Positions 35,144 through 44,853 of a stretch of 64,000 nucleotides of DNA are shown here, piece after piece; the stretch's first letter is position 1, and every line of letters starts with the position of its first letter. The notes beneath the pieces are model-generated. The model searched no databases and had not been told where the DNA came from. It was given only the letters and a program-made list of their open reading frames with translations. Origin of the DNA: Candidatus Ozemobacteraceae bacterium. Its GTDB lineage: Bacteria > Muiribacteriota > Ozemobacteria > Ozemobacterales > Ozemobacteraceae. Location of the stretch: the NCBI GenBank assembly GCA_036567845.1, contig DATCTT010000187.1, forward strand, positions 385 to 64,384, given 5' to 3'. Made by a program: the position numbers and the translations under genes.

Positions 35144-36367
35144 ATGAGAACAAAAACAAACTCCGTTTCAAACCCTTATTATACATATGGAATGTTATAT
35201 AAATCAGAGAATTTCAAAAACTGGGAGGCGACCAAGGGGGAGAAGTTCAAAAATTACCGCCAGGCTTGGACGGAGCGGGTCAGAAATCAGGATTATGGGC
35301 AGTTCCCGCTGAATCTGAACACCGAGATCACGACGCGCTGCAATCTGAAATGCTCGTTTTGCACACATCTGTCTCTGAAGCCGCATCAGATCGGGGATAT
35401 AACGTTCGATCAGTTCAAACGGCTCATTGATGAGGGTGAACGGTTTGGGTTGCCGACCATCAACATCAATGGCTTGGGGGAGCCGCTTCTCTGCAAGGAG
35501 CTTCCTCGTTTCATCCGGTATGCCAAAGAGCACGGCGTGCTTGACGTCATGTTCCATACGAATGGAACGTTGATGACGGAGGAAATTGCTGAGGAACTGA
35601 TCGATGCCGGCCTGGACCGGATCGTTTTTTCGGTCGACTCCCCGGACAAGAAAACCTATGAGACGATGCGCATTCTGGATGTTCCAACGCCTGTCGGGAA
35701 AGAATCGGCACCTCCAAAAGGGTTCCCGTGGGAAAAGCTGGTGGCGAATGTCCTGAAGTTTGTCGAGGTTCGCAATCGTCGTGGGCTCAAGGCGCCCATC
35801 ATCCGGGCGACCATGGTAGCCACCGAGAAGACGGTGCATCAGGTGCCGGATCTGTTGAAACTGTGGAAGCCGCATGTTGACCACATCACCGTCCAGGATC
35901 TGACCTGGAGAACCAAAATTCTTGATCAGGGCTTCTGGACAAACAAGGAAAACTCCGCTTTGTCTGCAAATTTTGATGCGATCAGAGAAGAGGCGGTTAA
36001 GAGAAACATTCATTTTGTTTGTCCTTACCTGTTCCAGTCTGTTTATCAGTTTTATGGTGGAAATCTCATCCCTTGTGGCAATCCAAATGCACGATCGCAT
36101 ATGATAATGGGGAGATGGGACGAACAGAGCATCCATGAGATTTGGACGGGCAAGGCCTATTCAGAGTTGCGGGCGCTTCACACTTCTGGAAAATGGTATG
36201 AGCATCCGATCTGTAAGGACTGTGACGTTGCTCTGCTCGAACTTTTCAAGGATATGATCTCGAAAAAAATTGCCATTGACTGGCACGCTGGCGAAGTCGA
36301 TGACAGTCTTGCCATCATGGGAGAGCAGCTCGAATCCATTTACCTGGACGAAAAAGGGGCAAAGTGA
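35144..36367 (+). CDS. Radical SAM protein with C-terminal SPASM-type Cys-rich domain
   Basis: CNLKCSFC (Cx3Cx2C). C-terminal Cys cluster (CPY...PCGN...CKDCDVA). Confidence 0.75.
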   Translation: MRTKTNSVSNPYYTYGMLYKSENFKNWEATKGEKFKNYRQAWTERVRNQDYGQFPLNLNTEITTRCNLKCSFCTHLSLKPHQIGDITFDQFKRLIDEGERFGLPTININGLGEPLLCKELPRFIRYAKEHGVLDVMFHTNGTLMTEEIAEELIDAGLDRIVFSVDSPDKKTYETMRILDVPTPVGKESAPPKGFPWEKLVANVLKFVEVRNRRGLKAPIIRATMVATEKTVHQVPDLLKLWKPHVDHITVQDLTWRTKILDQGFWTNKENSALSANFDAIREEAVKRNIHFVCPYLFQSVYQFYGGNLIPCGNPNARSHMIMGRWDEQSIHEIWTGKAYSELRALHTSGKWYEHPICKDCDVALLELFKDMISKKIAIDWHAGEVDDSLAIMGEQLESIYLDEKGAK

Positions 36368-36416
36368 GACGAAATCAGGAGCAATATATGCGCAATATAA
36401 TGCGCAAGGGTTCAGC

Positions 36417-37910
36417 ATGCACCAGCCCCTGAGGGTATTGCTCGTCAATGTGCCTTCCCGCGTTGGGAAAGGCGGTTTCATGTTGCCACTCGGGCTCCTG
36501 TATGTCGCTGGGATCCTCCAGCGTTCAGGGGCCGAGGGGAAAATTTTGGATCTTTATCTGGCCGATTCAGAATCGGCGTTCTTTTCGGACTTGGATGGCG
36601 AAATGGAGCGATTTCGCCCCCAGGTCGTCGGTTTGGGGGGAATCGGTTCTTCGTATTCCTGGGCAAAGACTCTTGCTCTTCGGATACGGGAACGGTGGCC
36701 GCAGGTCCGCATCATCGCCGGTGGGGCTTTGTCCTCCGTTGGCGATCTTCTGCTGAAAAAAGCGGGTGTGGACTGCGTGTTTTACGGGGAGACGGAAAAT
36801 TCGCTTCCGAGATATCTTGAGGCGCTTCGGACGAATGGTGAGATCTGGCGTCTCCCGGGAATTGCTTTTCGGACCGAAGACGGACATGTCCGTTGGAACC
36901 CCCCCTCATCGCAACTGGAAAACCTCGATGAAATTCCGATTCCTCCCTATCACCTCGTTGATTTGCGCCGGTATTGTGTGTCGATCAGGGATTGGATTGA
37001 CATTTATCCATCATTGAATCATTCCTATCCTGGCTTGATCGAAAGGCTGAAAGGGCTGTCGGAATATTATATTCCCATCGTCGGTGGACGGGGTTGTACG
37101 CATTCGTGTTTTTTCTGTTACCGCCACATGAAGGGCGTGCGCAAAAACTCTCCAGCATATCTTGTGCGGCACATGAAGTTTTTGAAGGAAACTTATGGGA
37201 TTGGCGGATTTCAGATATGTGACGAGCTTTTTAACACGGATTCTGACTGGGTCTTGGATTTTTGTCGCCAGATCGATGAAGCACGGCTGAACATATTTTA
37301 TCTGATTGGCGGGGCCAGGGTGGATCGAATGGATGCGCACCTGTTGAAACGTCTTCGTGAAACGGGGTGCATTGAAATCAATTATGGCCAGGAAACGGGT
37401 TCCGATCTCTTGTTGCGTGAGATCAAAAAGGGGGTTGATGCGGCGCAGAACCTTGCCGTTTCCCGGATGACCATCGAAGCTGGAATCCATTGTCCTGTGC
37501 AGCTTGTCCTCGGGATGCCCAGTGAATCGCCGGCAACCATACGCGACACCCTTGCGTTTTTGCGGAAACTTAATGGTTCTTCCATTTCCTTTAATTTCCT
37601 CATTCCCTTCCCAAAGACACCTTCATGGGGATATCTGAAAAAAAGGGGAATACAAGTGGATGAGGAAGAATATCTCCAGGAGGTTGCCCGTGTTGGCGGC
37701 GGGCGTCTGCTTCTCAATCTTACCCGGTATCCAGATTGGATGGTCAGATTTTGGGGGCTTCAGATTTTGCATCTGGCTTCTCTTCTCGCATGCAAAGAAC
37801 AGGGAAGACCCTTGGGATATCTCTTCCGATTTCTCTGGTATCGCGTGAAGGAAATCCTGATCAGGACCCTTTCCCTGTCTCGAAGATGGTTGGGCGTTGG
37901 AGACGCTTGA
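36417..37910 (+). CDS. B12-binding-domain radical SAM protein (class B rSAM, putative C-methyltransferase)
   Basis: N-terminal Rossmann-like B12-binding domain (RVLLVNVP...GLLYVAG). GCTHSCFFC radical-SAM cluster motif. Confidence 0.75.
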   Translation: MHQPLRVLLVNVPSRVGKGGFMLPLGLLYVAGILQRSGAEGKILDLYLADSESAFFSDLDGEMERFRPQVVGLGGIGSSYSWAKTLALRIRERWPQVRIIAGGALSSVGDLLLKKAGVDCVFYGETENSLPRYLEALRTNGEIWRLPGIAFRTEDGHVRWNPPSSQLENLDEIPIPPYHLVDLRRYCVSIRDWIDIYPSLNHSYPGLIERLKGLSEYYIPIVGGRGCTHSCFFCYRHMKGVRKNSPAYLVRHMKFLKETYGIGGFQICDELFNTDSDWVLDFCRQIDEARLNIFYLIGGARVDRMDAHLLKRLRETGCIEINYGQETGSDLLLREIKKGVDAAQNLAVSRMTIEAGIHCPVQLVLGMPSESPATIRDTLAFLRKLNGSSISFNFLIPFPKTPSWGYLKKRGIQVDEEEYLQEVARVGGGRLLLNLTRYPDWMVRFWGLQILHLASLLACKEQGRPLGYLFRFLWYRVKEILIRTLSLSRRWLGVGDA

Positions 37911-37929
37911 CCGGGTGTCCTGAACTCGC

Positions 37930-39438
37930 ATGAATTTTGGACAGAGCATCAGTCGGAATATCAAGTTCGGCATAGGAAGCCGACTTGTTTCCAGTCTCAT
38001 CAATTTTTTTCTGTTTCCCTTCGTTCTCTTTCATGTTGGAAAAGAGACGTATGGGATGTATCTCCTGGTTATGACTGTTACGGGCTATATGGGGTTACTG
38101 GAATTTGGGGTCATGTCTGCGCTGACTAAGTATGTTGCAGAATACAGTTCCAGAAACGAGGGCGAGCGCGCGTGTGAGGTCGTCAATGCAACCCTGACCT
38201 TCTTTTTCTGCGTTGGAGTATTGATTTTCCTTGGGTTGACTGGTTTTTCGGTCGTGTTTTCACAATTTTTCCCCATTTCCCCGGAAAACCACGAAATTGT
38301 TCGGCAGCTGTTCCTGGTTGGTGGTGTGTCTGCCTTGTTCATTTGGCCGCTGAACACTTTTTCCGGAGCGGTGCAGGGGTTGAATCTTTGGACGGTTATC
38401 GCATGGGTGAACATAGGAACGAGTTTCGCCTATGGCGTTGGTGCCTATGCGCTATTGACGAATGGGTATGGAATCGTGGCGTTGTTTGGGTTTAATCAGA
38501 TTGTCACTTGCTTGGGGGCCGTGGTTTATTCCCTTTTCACACGAAAGCTTCTGAAGTTTTCACTTCAATTTCCTTATATGCATTGGCAAATATATTCTAA
38601 AATATTCAGTTTCAGCATGTTCATGTTTCTCAGCAGCGTGCTGAACATTTTCCTCTTTCAGATCCATAATCTTCTGATCGGATATTTTCTCACTCCTGCG
38701 AGTATTTCCCTATATGCGGTTGCCAACAATCTCCAGAGCTATTTGAGGATGATCAATGGAACGTTGGGCGGGCCTCCGTGGACGGTTGCGGCACAGCTGG
38801 AGGGAAAGCGGGACTTCGAGGGGCAACGGAAGCTTGTTTGCAAGGGAACCCGGCTGATGGGGGCCGTCTTCATTCCCATCGTTCTGATTCTCATCGTGTT
38901 TGCGGATTCCTTCATCCCTGCATGGGTAGGCGGGGGCTTTGAGGAAAGTATTGTGGCGACTCGCGTTATTCTTCTCTTCTGGCTTTTCAATGGAACGTTG
39001 GAAATTGCCGGAGGGATGCTTTCGGCAAAGGGGATGGTTCGGGAGAGCCTCAAAATTCAAGTTCTCATGGCAGCCGCAAACATTCTGATCTGCGTTTGCT
39101 GTATCAAAAGCCTCGGAATCTTGGCTGTCGCCCTGGGCCTGACGGTTTCCATGATCGTTGTTGGTTTTCCCCTTTCCCTCCATCTTTCTCTTACAAGCTT
39201 GAACATTGCGTGGGCTGACTTTTTGCGCCGTTCTGTTGCGCCAAACCTTTCGCATTATATATTGGCTGGCATTAGCGCTTGGGCGTTTTCCCGCCTTGCT
39301 GTCGGCCTTTCGCTGAAAGAAGTTGTTGCCCTCATGGGAGCCTCCTACGTTGGGAGCTTGGCACTTCTCTATCTCCTTGTGCTTTGCCCCGAGGAGCAAG
39401 CTGAAGTGAAAAGCCTGCTCCTGCCGGCAAAAGCGTGA
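37930..39438 (+). CDS. Oligosaccharide flippase Wzx (MOP superfamily polysaccharide biosynthesis protein)
   Basis: ~12-14 TM helices and polysaccharide-exporter topology. Lies within the glycan locus. Confidence 0.7.
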   Translation: MNFGQSISRNIKFGIGSRLVSSLINFFLFPFVLFHVGKETYGMYLLVMTVTGYMGLLEFGVMSALTKYVAEYSSRNEGERACEVVNATLTFFFCVGVLIFLGLTGFSVVFSQFFPISPENHEIVRQLFLVGGVSALFIWPLNTFSGAVQGLNLWTVIAWVNIGTSFAYGVGAYALLTNGYGIVALFGFNQIVTCLGAVVYSLFTRKLLKFSLQFPYMHWQIYSKIFSFSMFMFLSSVLNIFLFQIHNLLIGYFLTPASISLYAVANNLQSYLRMINGTLGGPPWTVAAQLEGKRDFEGQRKLVCKGTRLMGAVFIPIVLILIVFADSFIPAWVGGGFEESIVATRVILLFWLFNGTLEIAGGMLSAKGMVRESLKIQVLMAAANILICVCCIKSLGILAVALGLTVSMIVVGFPLSLHLSLTSLNIAWADFLRRSVAPNLSHYILAGISAWAFSRLAVGLSLKEVVALMGASYVGSLALLYLLVLCPEEQAEVKSLLLPAKA

Positions 39439-39540
39439 GCAAGCTTCCAGGGGGGGACATGAGGAGTTCAAAACGGTCTGTCTCAGCGGAGATGAGGCTA
39501 GCAAGCAGCGGTTGAGATAACCCATTTCCGGGAGAACGAT

Positions 39541-41382
39541 ATGCCGCAACGATGTGCAGGAGGGGGCTCTGAAAGAAATCCCGTGGAATTGGTTCTTACG
39601 GGATATCAGCCATTATGGCCTGCCGACGAGTCCAACGCCGTGTTTCTCGGTCCGTGGTGCTTTGCGGACAATTCTCGCCGGCCGTTTGGCCAACAGACAG
39701 AATTTCGACTTATTCCCCCCCCGTCTGGAAACAAATGTGACCTGGTTCGAGATGTTGAGAAAATTGATCACATAACGGACCGCGTCCTGCCCGTTCTGGC
39801 GGAACGCCTCAATGCGTGGTACGGAACGAGATTCAGTGAGCGATTTTGGAAAATTTCAACGATCGCATGGCTTTCGTTTTGGATCGGACTCCTTTATGAA
39901 CGATTTGCCCGACTGAGCAACGCTGCCGATGTATTGGGAAGTGGAGGGTATGTCGTCACGATTCCCAGGCATGCGCTGACCTCTCCCCCAGAAGATTACA
40001 ACCAGGCTGCAAACACCTCTCATCTTCATGAGTTTAACCTTGATGTCTTCGCGATGATCTGCCGCGTTCACGCCTTTCCGGGAATGGAACTCAGAGAGAG
40101 AGAACTTCCGGCCGATGGCGCCTGGCGGGAAAAAGTCGCAGGGCTGTCGGGAAGCTGCCAGCCGATCTCCCCGGGGATTGTACGCCAGGTGGAAGCGTTT
40201 CTCGACAGGCTTTGGAAGAATGTAATCCGACCCGAGGTGCATTGGGGGAAAGTCTATGGAGTCACTCTCGGGGATCGACTGTTCTTCGACTGGCGATTGT
40301 GGAGAAGGACTGGACGCCGCTGCCCGAGGTTGGAACCAATTGTGCCGCAAACCGGAGAAATGGATGCGTTCCGGCGAGAACCTCTCTCTTTCGGGGGTGA
40401 AACACCCTTTGAGAAAATCGTTGAAAAGCTCCTCCCGAAGATTGTTCCGGCTGCAGTGCTGAGGGAAATTCCCCCCCTGGAGCGGGAGGAACGGGTTCGG
40501 CTTTGGGTGGGGAATGATATTTGGCAACAGAGAGAGGCATTCAAGATCGCCAGGGTTGTCGAGGGGGGAGGGGCTTGGGTTTCTGTGCAGCATGGTGCCG
40601 GCTATGGCCAGGGAATGCCATTTCCGAATGGAAAAGTCGAATACGAGGCGAGTGGAAATTTCATCTCCTGGGGCTGGACGCATGAGCATTTCTATCCCTG
40701 CCGGGTGATTCCCCTGCCCTCCCCGATGTTGAGCAAACTTCCGGAGCGGAAACTTTCAGATTCCAGCATCCTGCTTGTAGGGATTGGGTATCCCGTGTAT
40801 CGATATCGGCCCATATACAGCCTCAAGCCGGAAGAAATTCTTCCGTATCTCAAAGACCGTGAAACCTTCATCCTGAATATCGATACCCATCTGAAGTTGC
40901 ACGTCAGATTCAAGCCCTATTTTCGGGATTATGGAGAGGATTCTGTCGGCGCTTTGCGAGGAGTGCTCGATTCAACCCAGATTCTCGACCCCCGAAGCTC
41001 GGTTGGCAGCTGCCTTGCCACGGCCCGGGTTGTTGTCGTCGATCATCTGGGGACAACTCTTTCGGAGTCAATGGCTGCAAATGTTCCGACGATTGCCTTT
41101 TGGCGACCGGAGCACTTTGCGGTTTGCGATGAGGCCAAATTTGCTTTTGAAGCACTCAGGGCTGTCGGAATTCTTCATGACTCGCCGGAGAGCGCAGCCG
41201 TGAAACTCAATCAGATCTTCAATGATCTGGAACGTTGGTGGGCTGATCCGGCCGTTCAGCGTGCCCGAAACCTTTTTTTGGACCATTCCGGGATGGCTGC
41301 TGCAGACTGGCGTTTTCGCTGGCTTACCAGAATCCGAGAACTACTGAACGAAGAGCCTCTTGCCCCCCAGGGGAACCCGTGA
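39541..41382 (+). CDS. Hypothetical 613-aa protein (candidate glycan/nonulosonic-acid transferase; family unassigned)
   Basis: Real ORF by codon usage and context. No motif I can assign with confidence. Confidence 0.35.
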   Translation: MPQRCAGGGSERNPVELVLTGYQPLWPADESNAVFLGPWCFADNSRRPFGQQTEFRLIPPPSGNKCDLVRDVEKIDHITDRVLPVLAERLNAWYGTRFSERFWKISTIAWLSFWIGLLYERFARLSNAADVLGSGGYVVTIPRHALTSPPEDYNQAANTSHLHEFNLDVFAMICRVHAFPGMELRERELPADGAWREKVAGLSGSCQPISPGIVRQVEAFLDRLWKNVIRPEVHWGKVYGVTLGDRLFFDWRLWRRTGRRCPRLEPIVPQTGEMDAFRREPLSFGGETPFEKIVEKLLPKIVPAAVLREIPPLEREERVRLWVGNDIWQQREAFKIARVVEGGGAWVSVQHGAGYGQGMPFPNGKVEYEASGNFISWGWTHEHFYPCRVIPLPSPMLSKLPERKLSDSSILLVGIGYPVYRYRPIYSLKPEEILPYLKDRETFILNIDTHLKLHVRFKPYFRDYGEDSVGALRGVLDSTQILDPRSSVGSCLATARVVVVDHLGTTLSESMAANVPTIAFWRPEHFAVCDEAKFAFEALRAVGILHDSPESAAVKLNQIFNDLERWWADPAVQRARNLFLDHSGMAAADWRFRWLTRIRELLNEEPLAPQGNP

Positions 41383-41411
41383 CACTGGACTCCGGGAGCG
41401 CGATGCATGAT

Positions 41412-42728
41412 TCACGTTGACGTCCGGCAGAGCATGGACAATCGTTCCAGATAGAACGTTTTCGATTCCTCAGCGAGAACCGCGGGAAGATTGACGATCG
41501 TATGACAGGCCTGCTCGCTTTGAAGGCAGCTTCCGGGGGAATACCCCAGCTCCTGAAGAGTGCTGCTGTGAGGCATAATGGGCTCTGTGAACAGAAAGGC
41601 ATCCGTGTCGACGAGGGAACCAAGCCTTTTGCGAAGGGGATCCTCTCGAGGGACCAAGGACAGGATGCGCAAGGGGACGATTTCCAGTCGGGGGTTGCTG
41701 TATGCTTCAGGAACAAATCCCTGCCAGGAGCTGGAACGGAGCAAGTGAAGCGTTTTTTCGAGAATGTCCCGGCGGCGCTCCCGCTCCTGTGGCCAGCGGC
41801 GAAGTTCTCGGCAGGCGATATGAGCAAGGAATGGAGGGAGTGCCGCAGGGTAGGGATAGGGGGTCGAGACGGACGGCAGCCCGAAATCACCATCCAAGAA
41901 GATCGGAGGAGGGGCTTTGCAGAGCCGATGGCGAATGATTCCTGACAGACGGCGGAAAAAGAGGATTCGGGGCCATTTGCAGGGACTTCCATGGCGGGTT
42001 TCTTTCAAAAGTTGATCGTATAAACGCCGCTGGTGCGCGCTCGAAAGGGGCGAAAGGCTTGGGAACAGGCTTTTGATGCGACGGATGACTGCCGGGTCTT
42101 TCGAAAATGCGGCTCCCCCGATCAGGGCATTGAGAGGCTTCGAGTGATCGAATGAAAAAATGGCGGCGTCGGCAAACGTGCCAACCGGTTGGCCATCGAT
42201 TTTTGAATCCAGGGTCAGGGAACAATCTTCGATGATTTTGAGGTGATGCCGAGTTGCGAGGGAGCGCAGAGAATCTATATCGCACGGAATTCCAAACGAA
42301 TGCTGTGCGACGATCACCTTTGTGCGAGGGGTGATACATGCTTCAACGCCTTCTGGCCCGGTCCCAAGGGTTCGAAGGTCGATATCGGAGAAAACCGGTT
42401 TTGCTCCGACGCGCAAGATGGCATTTGCCATGACTCCGCACGTGAAGGCGGGGAGGATGACCTCATCGCCGGGACCGACCCCCCAGCTTTTGAGAATGGC
42501 ATAGAAGGCCATTCTGCCGGATGCAAAAACGACCGCTTCTCCTCCCCCGAGCTGATTCGCCAACGCCTGTTCGAACGCGTGAATTTCCGATGGACTGTCT
42601 GTGGCAACCAGATCGTGCATCGTCTTGCGATCCTGATCGGATACTGCACGGTGCCCTGGAAAAAAACCGAAAAGGACGGGACGTGCAAGGAGAGTGAGCG
42701 CCTTCAAAATAGTCGTACGTATGCTCAT
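41412..42728 (-). CDS. DegT/DnrJ/EryC1/StrS-family aminotransferase with C-terminal extension
   Basis: AFTCGVMANAIL...IIEDCS...SFDHSKPL (PLP-Lys). Confidence 0.75.
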   Translation of the reverse strand: MSIRTTILKALTLLARPVLFGFFPGHRAVSDQDRKTMHDLVATDSPSEIHAFEQALANQLGGGEAVVFASGRMAFYAILKSWGVGPGDEVILPAFTCGVMANAILRVGAKPVFSDIDLRTLGTGPEGVEACITPRTKVIVAQHSFGIPCDIDSLRSLATRHHLKIIEDCSLTLDSKIDGQPVGTFADAAIFSFDHSKPLNALIGGAAFSKDPAVIRRIKSLFPSLSPLSSAHQRRLYDQLLKETRHGSPCKWPRILFFRRLSGIIRHRLCKAPPPIFLDGDFGLPSVSTPYPYPAALPPFLAHIACRELRRWPQERERRRDILEKTLHLLRSSSWQGFVPEAYSNPRLEIVPLRILSLVPREDPLRKRLGSLVDTDAFLFTEPIMPHSSTLQELGYSPGSCLQSEQACHTIVNLPAVLAEESKTFYLERLSMLCRTST

Positions 42729-44488
42729 GGGTTCGTTGATCTGAGAAGCTGCTCCCAGATGCTTGTTTTGATTGGTTCGGAAAGAATGTTCATGGCGGGG
42801 GGCACGATCGCGTTCCGACGGTTGAAGTTTGGTTCGGTTCCGTCGAAAAGCTGTTCCTGAAAAATGGGGAGATCGACGAGGGGGTCAAGATCTATTCTTT
42901 CTGGTATGTATTTCATGGTATTTACTCCGCCCATGAGACACTCGAGCGCTGCGGTGGTTCCAATGTGTATGGCAGACCCCACGCGCGGGATCCATTCATG
43001 GATCGTACCAGAAATGAATGTGAAGGAACTGGGAAGCTCCGGCCGATGCGCGAGAATAAGCGTTTCGGGGCAGTCCGGGTGGGCTTTGAGCAGATATTCA
43101 TGGCCAGTTGTAGCCGAGCGGGTGAGATAGGCAAGCAGATCCAGGGAATACTCGAGAGAGCTTGAAAGAAGAACGAGGGTGCGCTGGGCGCGCACCTCCG
43201 GGGCGGCAGGAGAAAATGGGGCAGGAGAGGTGCTGAAGCGCAGCGAGCCCCCATTCTCGACGGGGCAGGTAAAGCCTGCTTGAATCAGTGCCTTTTGAAA
43301 GAAAGCGCCATTTGCGAGGATGACGTCGGGAAGGGGCATCTCCCTTGCTTCCTGCGGCCCAAGCGCATAATTCAGGAAAAATCTGGGACAGGTGATCGTA
43401 TGGCATGCAGCGATTTTTCCAGAGAAGCGGCTCTCGCGTAACCCTTGAATGGCCATTTTTTCCCAAGGCTGGTTTTCAAAGGGATAAAACAGAATGCTGT
43501 TGGTGAACGTCGCTCGTGATGTCAGTTTGACAAGCGCTTTGCGAACCATGGTCCCATAGAAGATGGTTGCCCATTCCAGAAACCATTGAGAAAGAAGCAG
43601 GGAGGAAACGTCCTTGCTTTCAAATCGCGGAATCGGCTTGTGAAATCTGAAGGAAATTGCCGAAACAAAACAGGTCGCCAAGTCGCGAAGAGAGAGAAGG
43701 TGAATCCAGGGGACCCCGCGCTTCGAGGAATACAGATTTTTCAGAAGTTTCCCGTCCGTGAAAGGCAAGGCAAACACAAGATGGTTGTATCCTGAGCTCT
43801 CGATGCAATCAGAGAGATGCCCGAGATAGGGATCGGTCAGGCGGGAAGAAGTGCCTTCGAAGGAGCGGGGCTCGAGCCACGTTGTCACAATAGCGTGAAT
43901 TGTATCTGGAGCCTTGGAGAGAGGACTTCCGAATTCACGTGAGAGCTTGTAATCCAACCACCAGAGATGAAGACTGGAGATTGCCAGAGAGGCAAGTCTC
44001 CGCAATCCGGCAAGTGTACGGAGTAGGCACTCTTTGAGCAGACCGCGGGGGGGAATTCCCACGATTTTCTCTGGAGGAAGTATCCGGAGGGCGGTATTGA
44101 GCACCCAAGGATCTTCGATGAAGACGATGCAGGGAAACGGTGGCTCGTTTGCCCAGGACTCAAGAAGATGGATGAACACCAAATGAAGAAACAGATCCGA
44201 GGTTAAGGGACTTCGATAGCACGTATTGCTTCCCCACCAGTCGGATTTCTGGGTATTTCCCAATTGCTGAAGCCAAGTGAGAAAACGAGGACGGAGCAGC
44301 TCCGCTTGACGTTGCAGTTCTATGGCGAATGTCCGTCGTGCCGCAAATCCGAAACGCTTTTCGAGGCTGCTCCGATGATGAGCTTTTGTTCCGAAATATA
44401 CCCACTTCCAGCCTTGTGGAAGCGATGGAATATTTTGGCTGTGGGCAAAAGGAACGAGAGTGAGGCCGTGTTGTCTGAAAATGTTCAT
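42725..44488 (-). CDS. Hypothetical 587-aa protein (candidate transferase of the glycan pathway)
   Basis: Trp-rich. Co-directional with, and overlapping by 4 nt, the DegT gene. Confidence 0.35.
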   Translation of the reverse strand: MNIFRQHGLTLVPFAHSQNIPSLPQGWKWVYFGTKAHHRSSLEKRFGFAARRTFAIELQRQAELLRPRFLTWLQQLGNTQKSDWWGSNTCYRSPLTSDLFLHLVFIHLLESWANEPPFPCIVFIEDPWVLNTALRILPPEKIVGIPPRGLLKECLLRTLAGLRRLASLAISSLHLWWLDYKLSREFGSPLSKAPDTIHAIVTTWLEPRSFEGTSSRLTDPYLGHLSDCIESSGYNHLVFALPFTDGKLLKNLYSSKRGVPWIHLLSLRDLATCFVSAISFRFHKPIPRFESKDVSSLLLSQWFLEWATIFYGTMVRKALVKLTSRATFTNSILFYPFENQPWEKMAIQGLRESRFSGKIAACHTITCPRFFLNYALGPQEAREMPLPDVILANGAFFQKALIQAGFTCPVENGGSLRFSTSPAPFSPAAPEVRAQRTLVLLSSSLEYSLDLLAYLTRSATTGHEYLLKAHPDCPETLILAHRPELPSSFTFISGTIHEWIPRVGSAIHIGTTAALECLMGGVNTMKYIPERIDLDPLVDLPIFQEQLFDGTEPNFNRRNAIVPPAMNILSEPIKTSIWEQLLRSTNP

Positions 44489-44717
44489 AACCAGCCGTCA
44501 GAAAAGATGAACAACACCGGTGGTGGGCGAGAAGGTCTCCAAACCGAGGAAGGACCCCACACAATATATTATTGTATTTTGTCGCGGCGGGACGTCAGGG
44601 CAGGCCAGTCTACCGCCTTTCTTGGGTTTTGACAAGGATTCTGGCCGTGCATGGGTTTGCTTTTCTCATGTTCTCGCTGGAATGCGGCGGGCCGCCGGGA
44701 TGGGCTGTCGGGATACC

Positions 44718-44745
44718 TTGCCAATTTCAGCATATCTGCTATACT
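44718..44745 (+). promoter_or_regulatory. Candidate promoter TTGCCA-16 nt-TATACT for the second methyltransferase/DegT/rfb block
   Basis: In the 365-bp divergent intergenic region. Confidence 0.35.
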
Positions 44746-44853
44746 TCCGCCCATCTCGGATGGTTTTGCTGGCGGGATTGATCGCTGGGAGGGAATCCGC
44801 TGGCATGTGAACGGCCTGAGTCGCCAAAAATGACATTGTGATCGAATGTCGGG

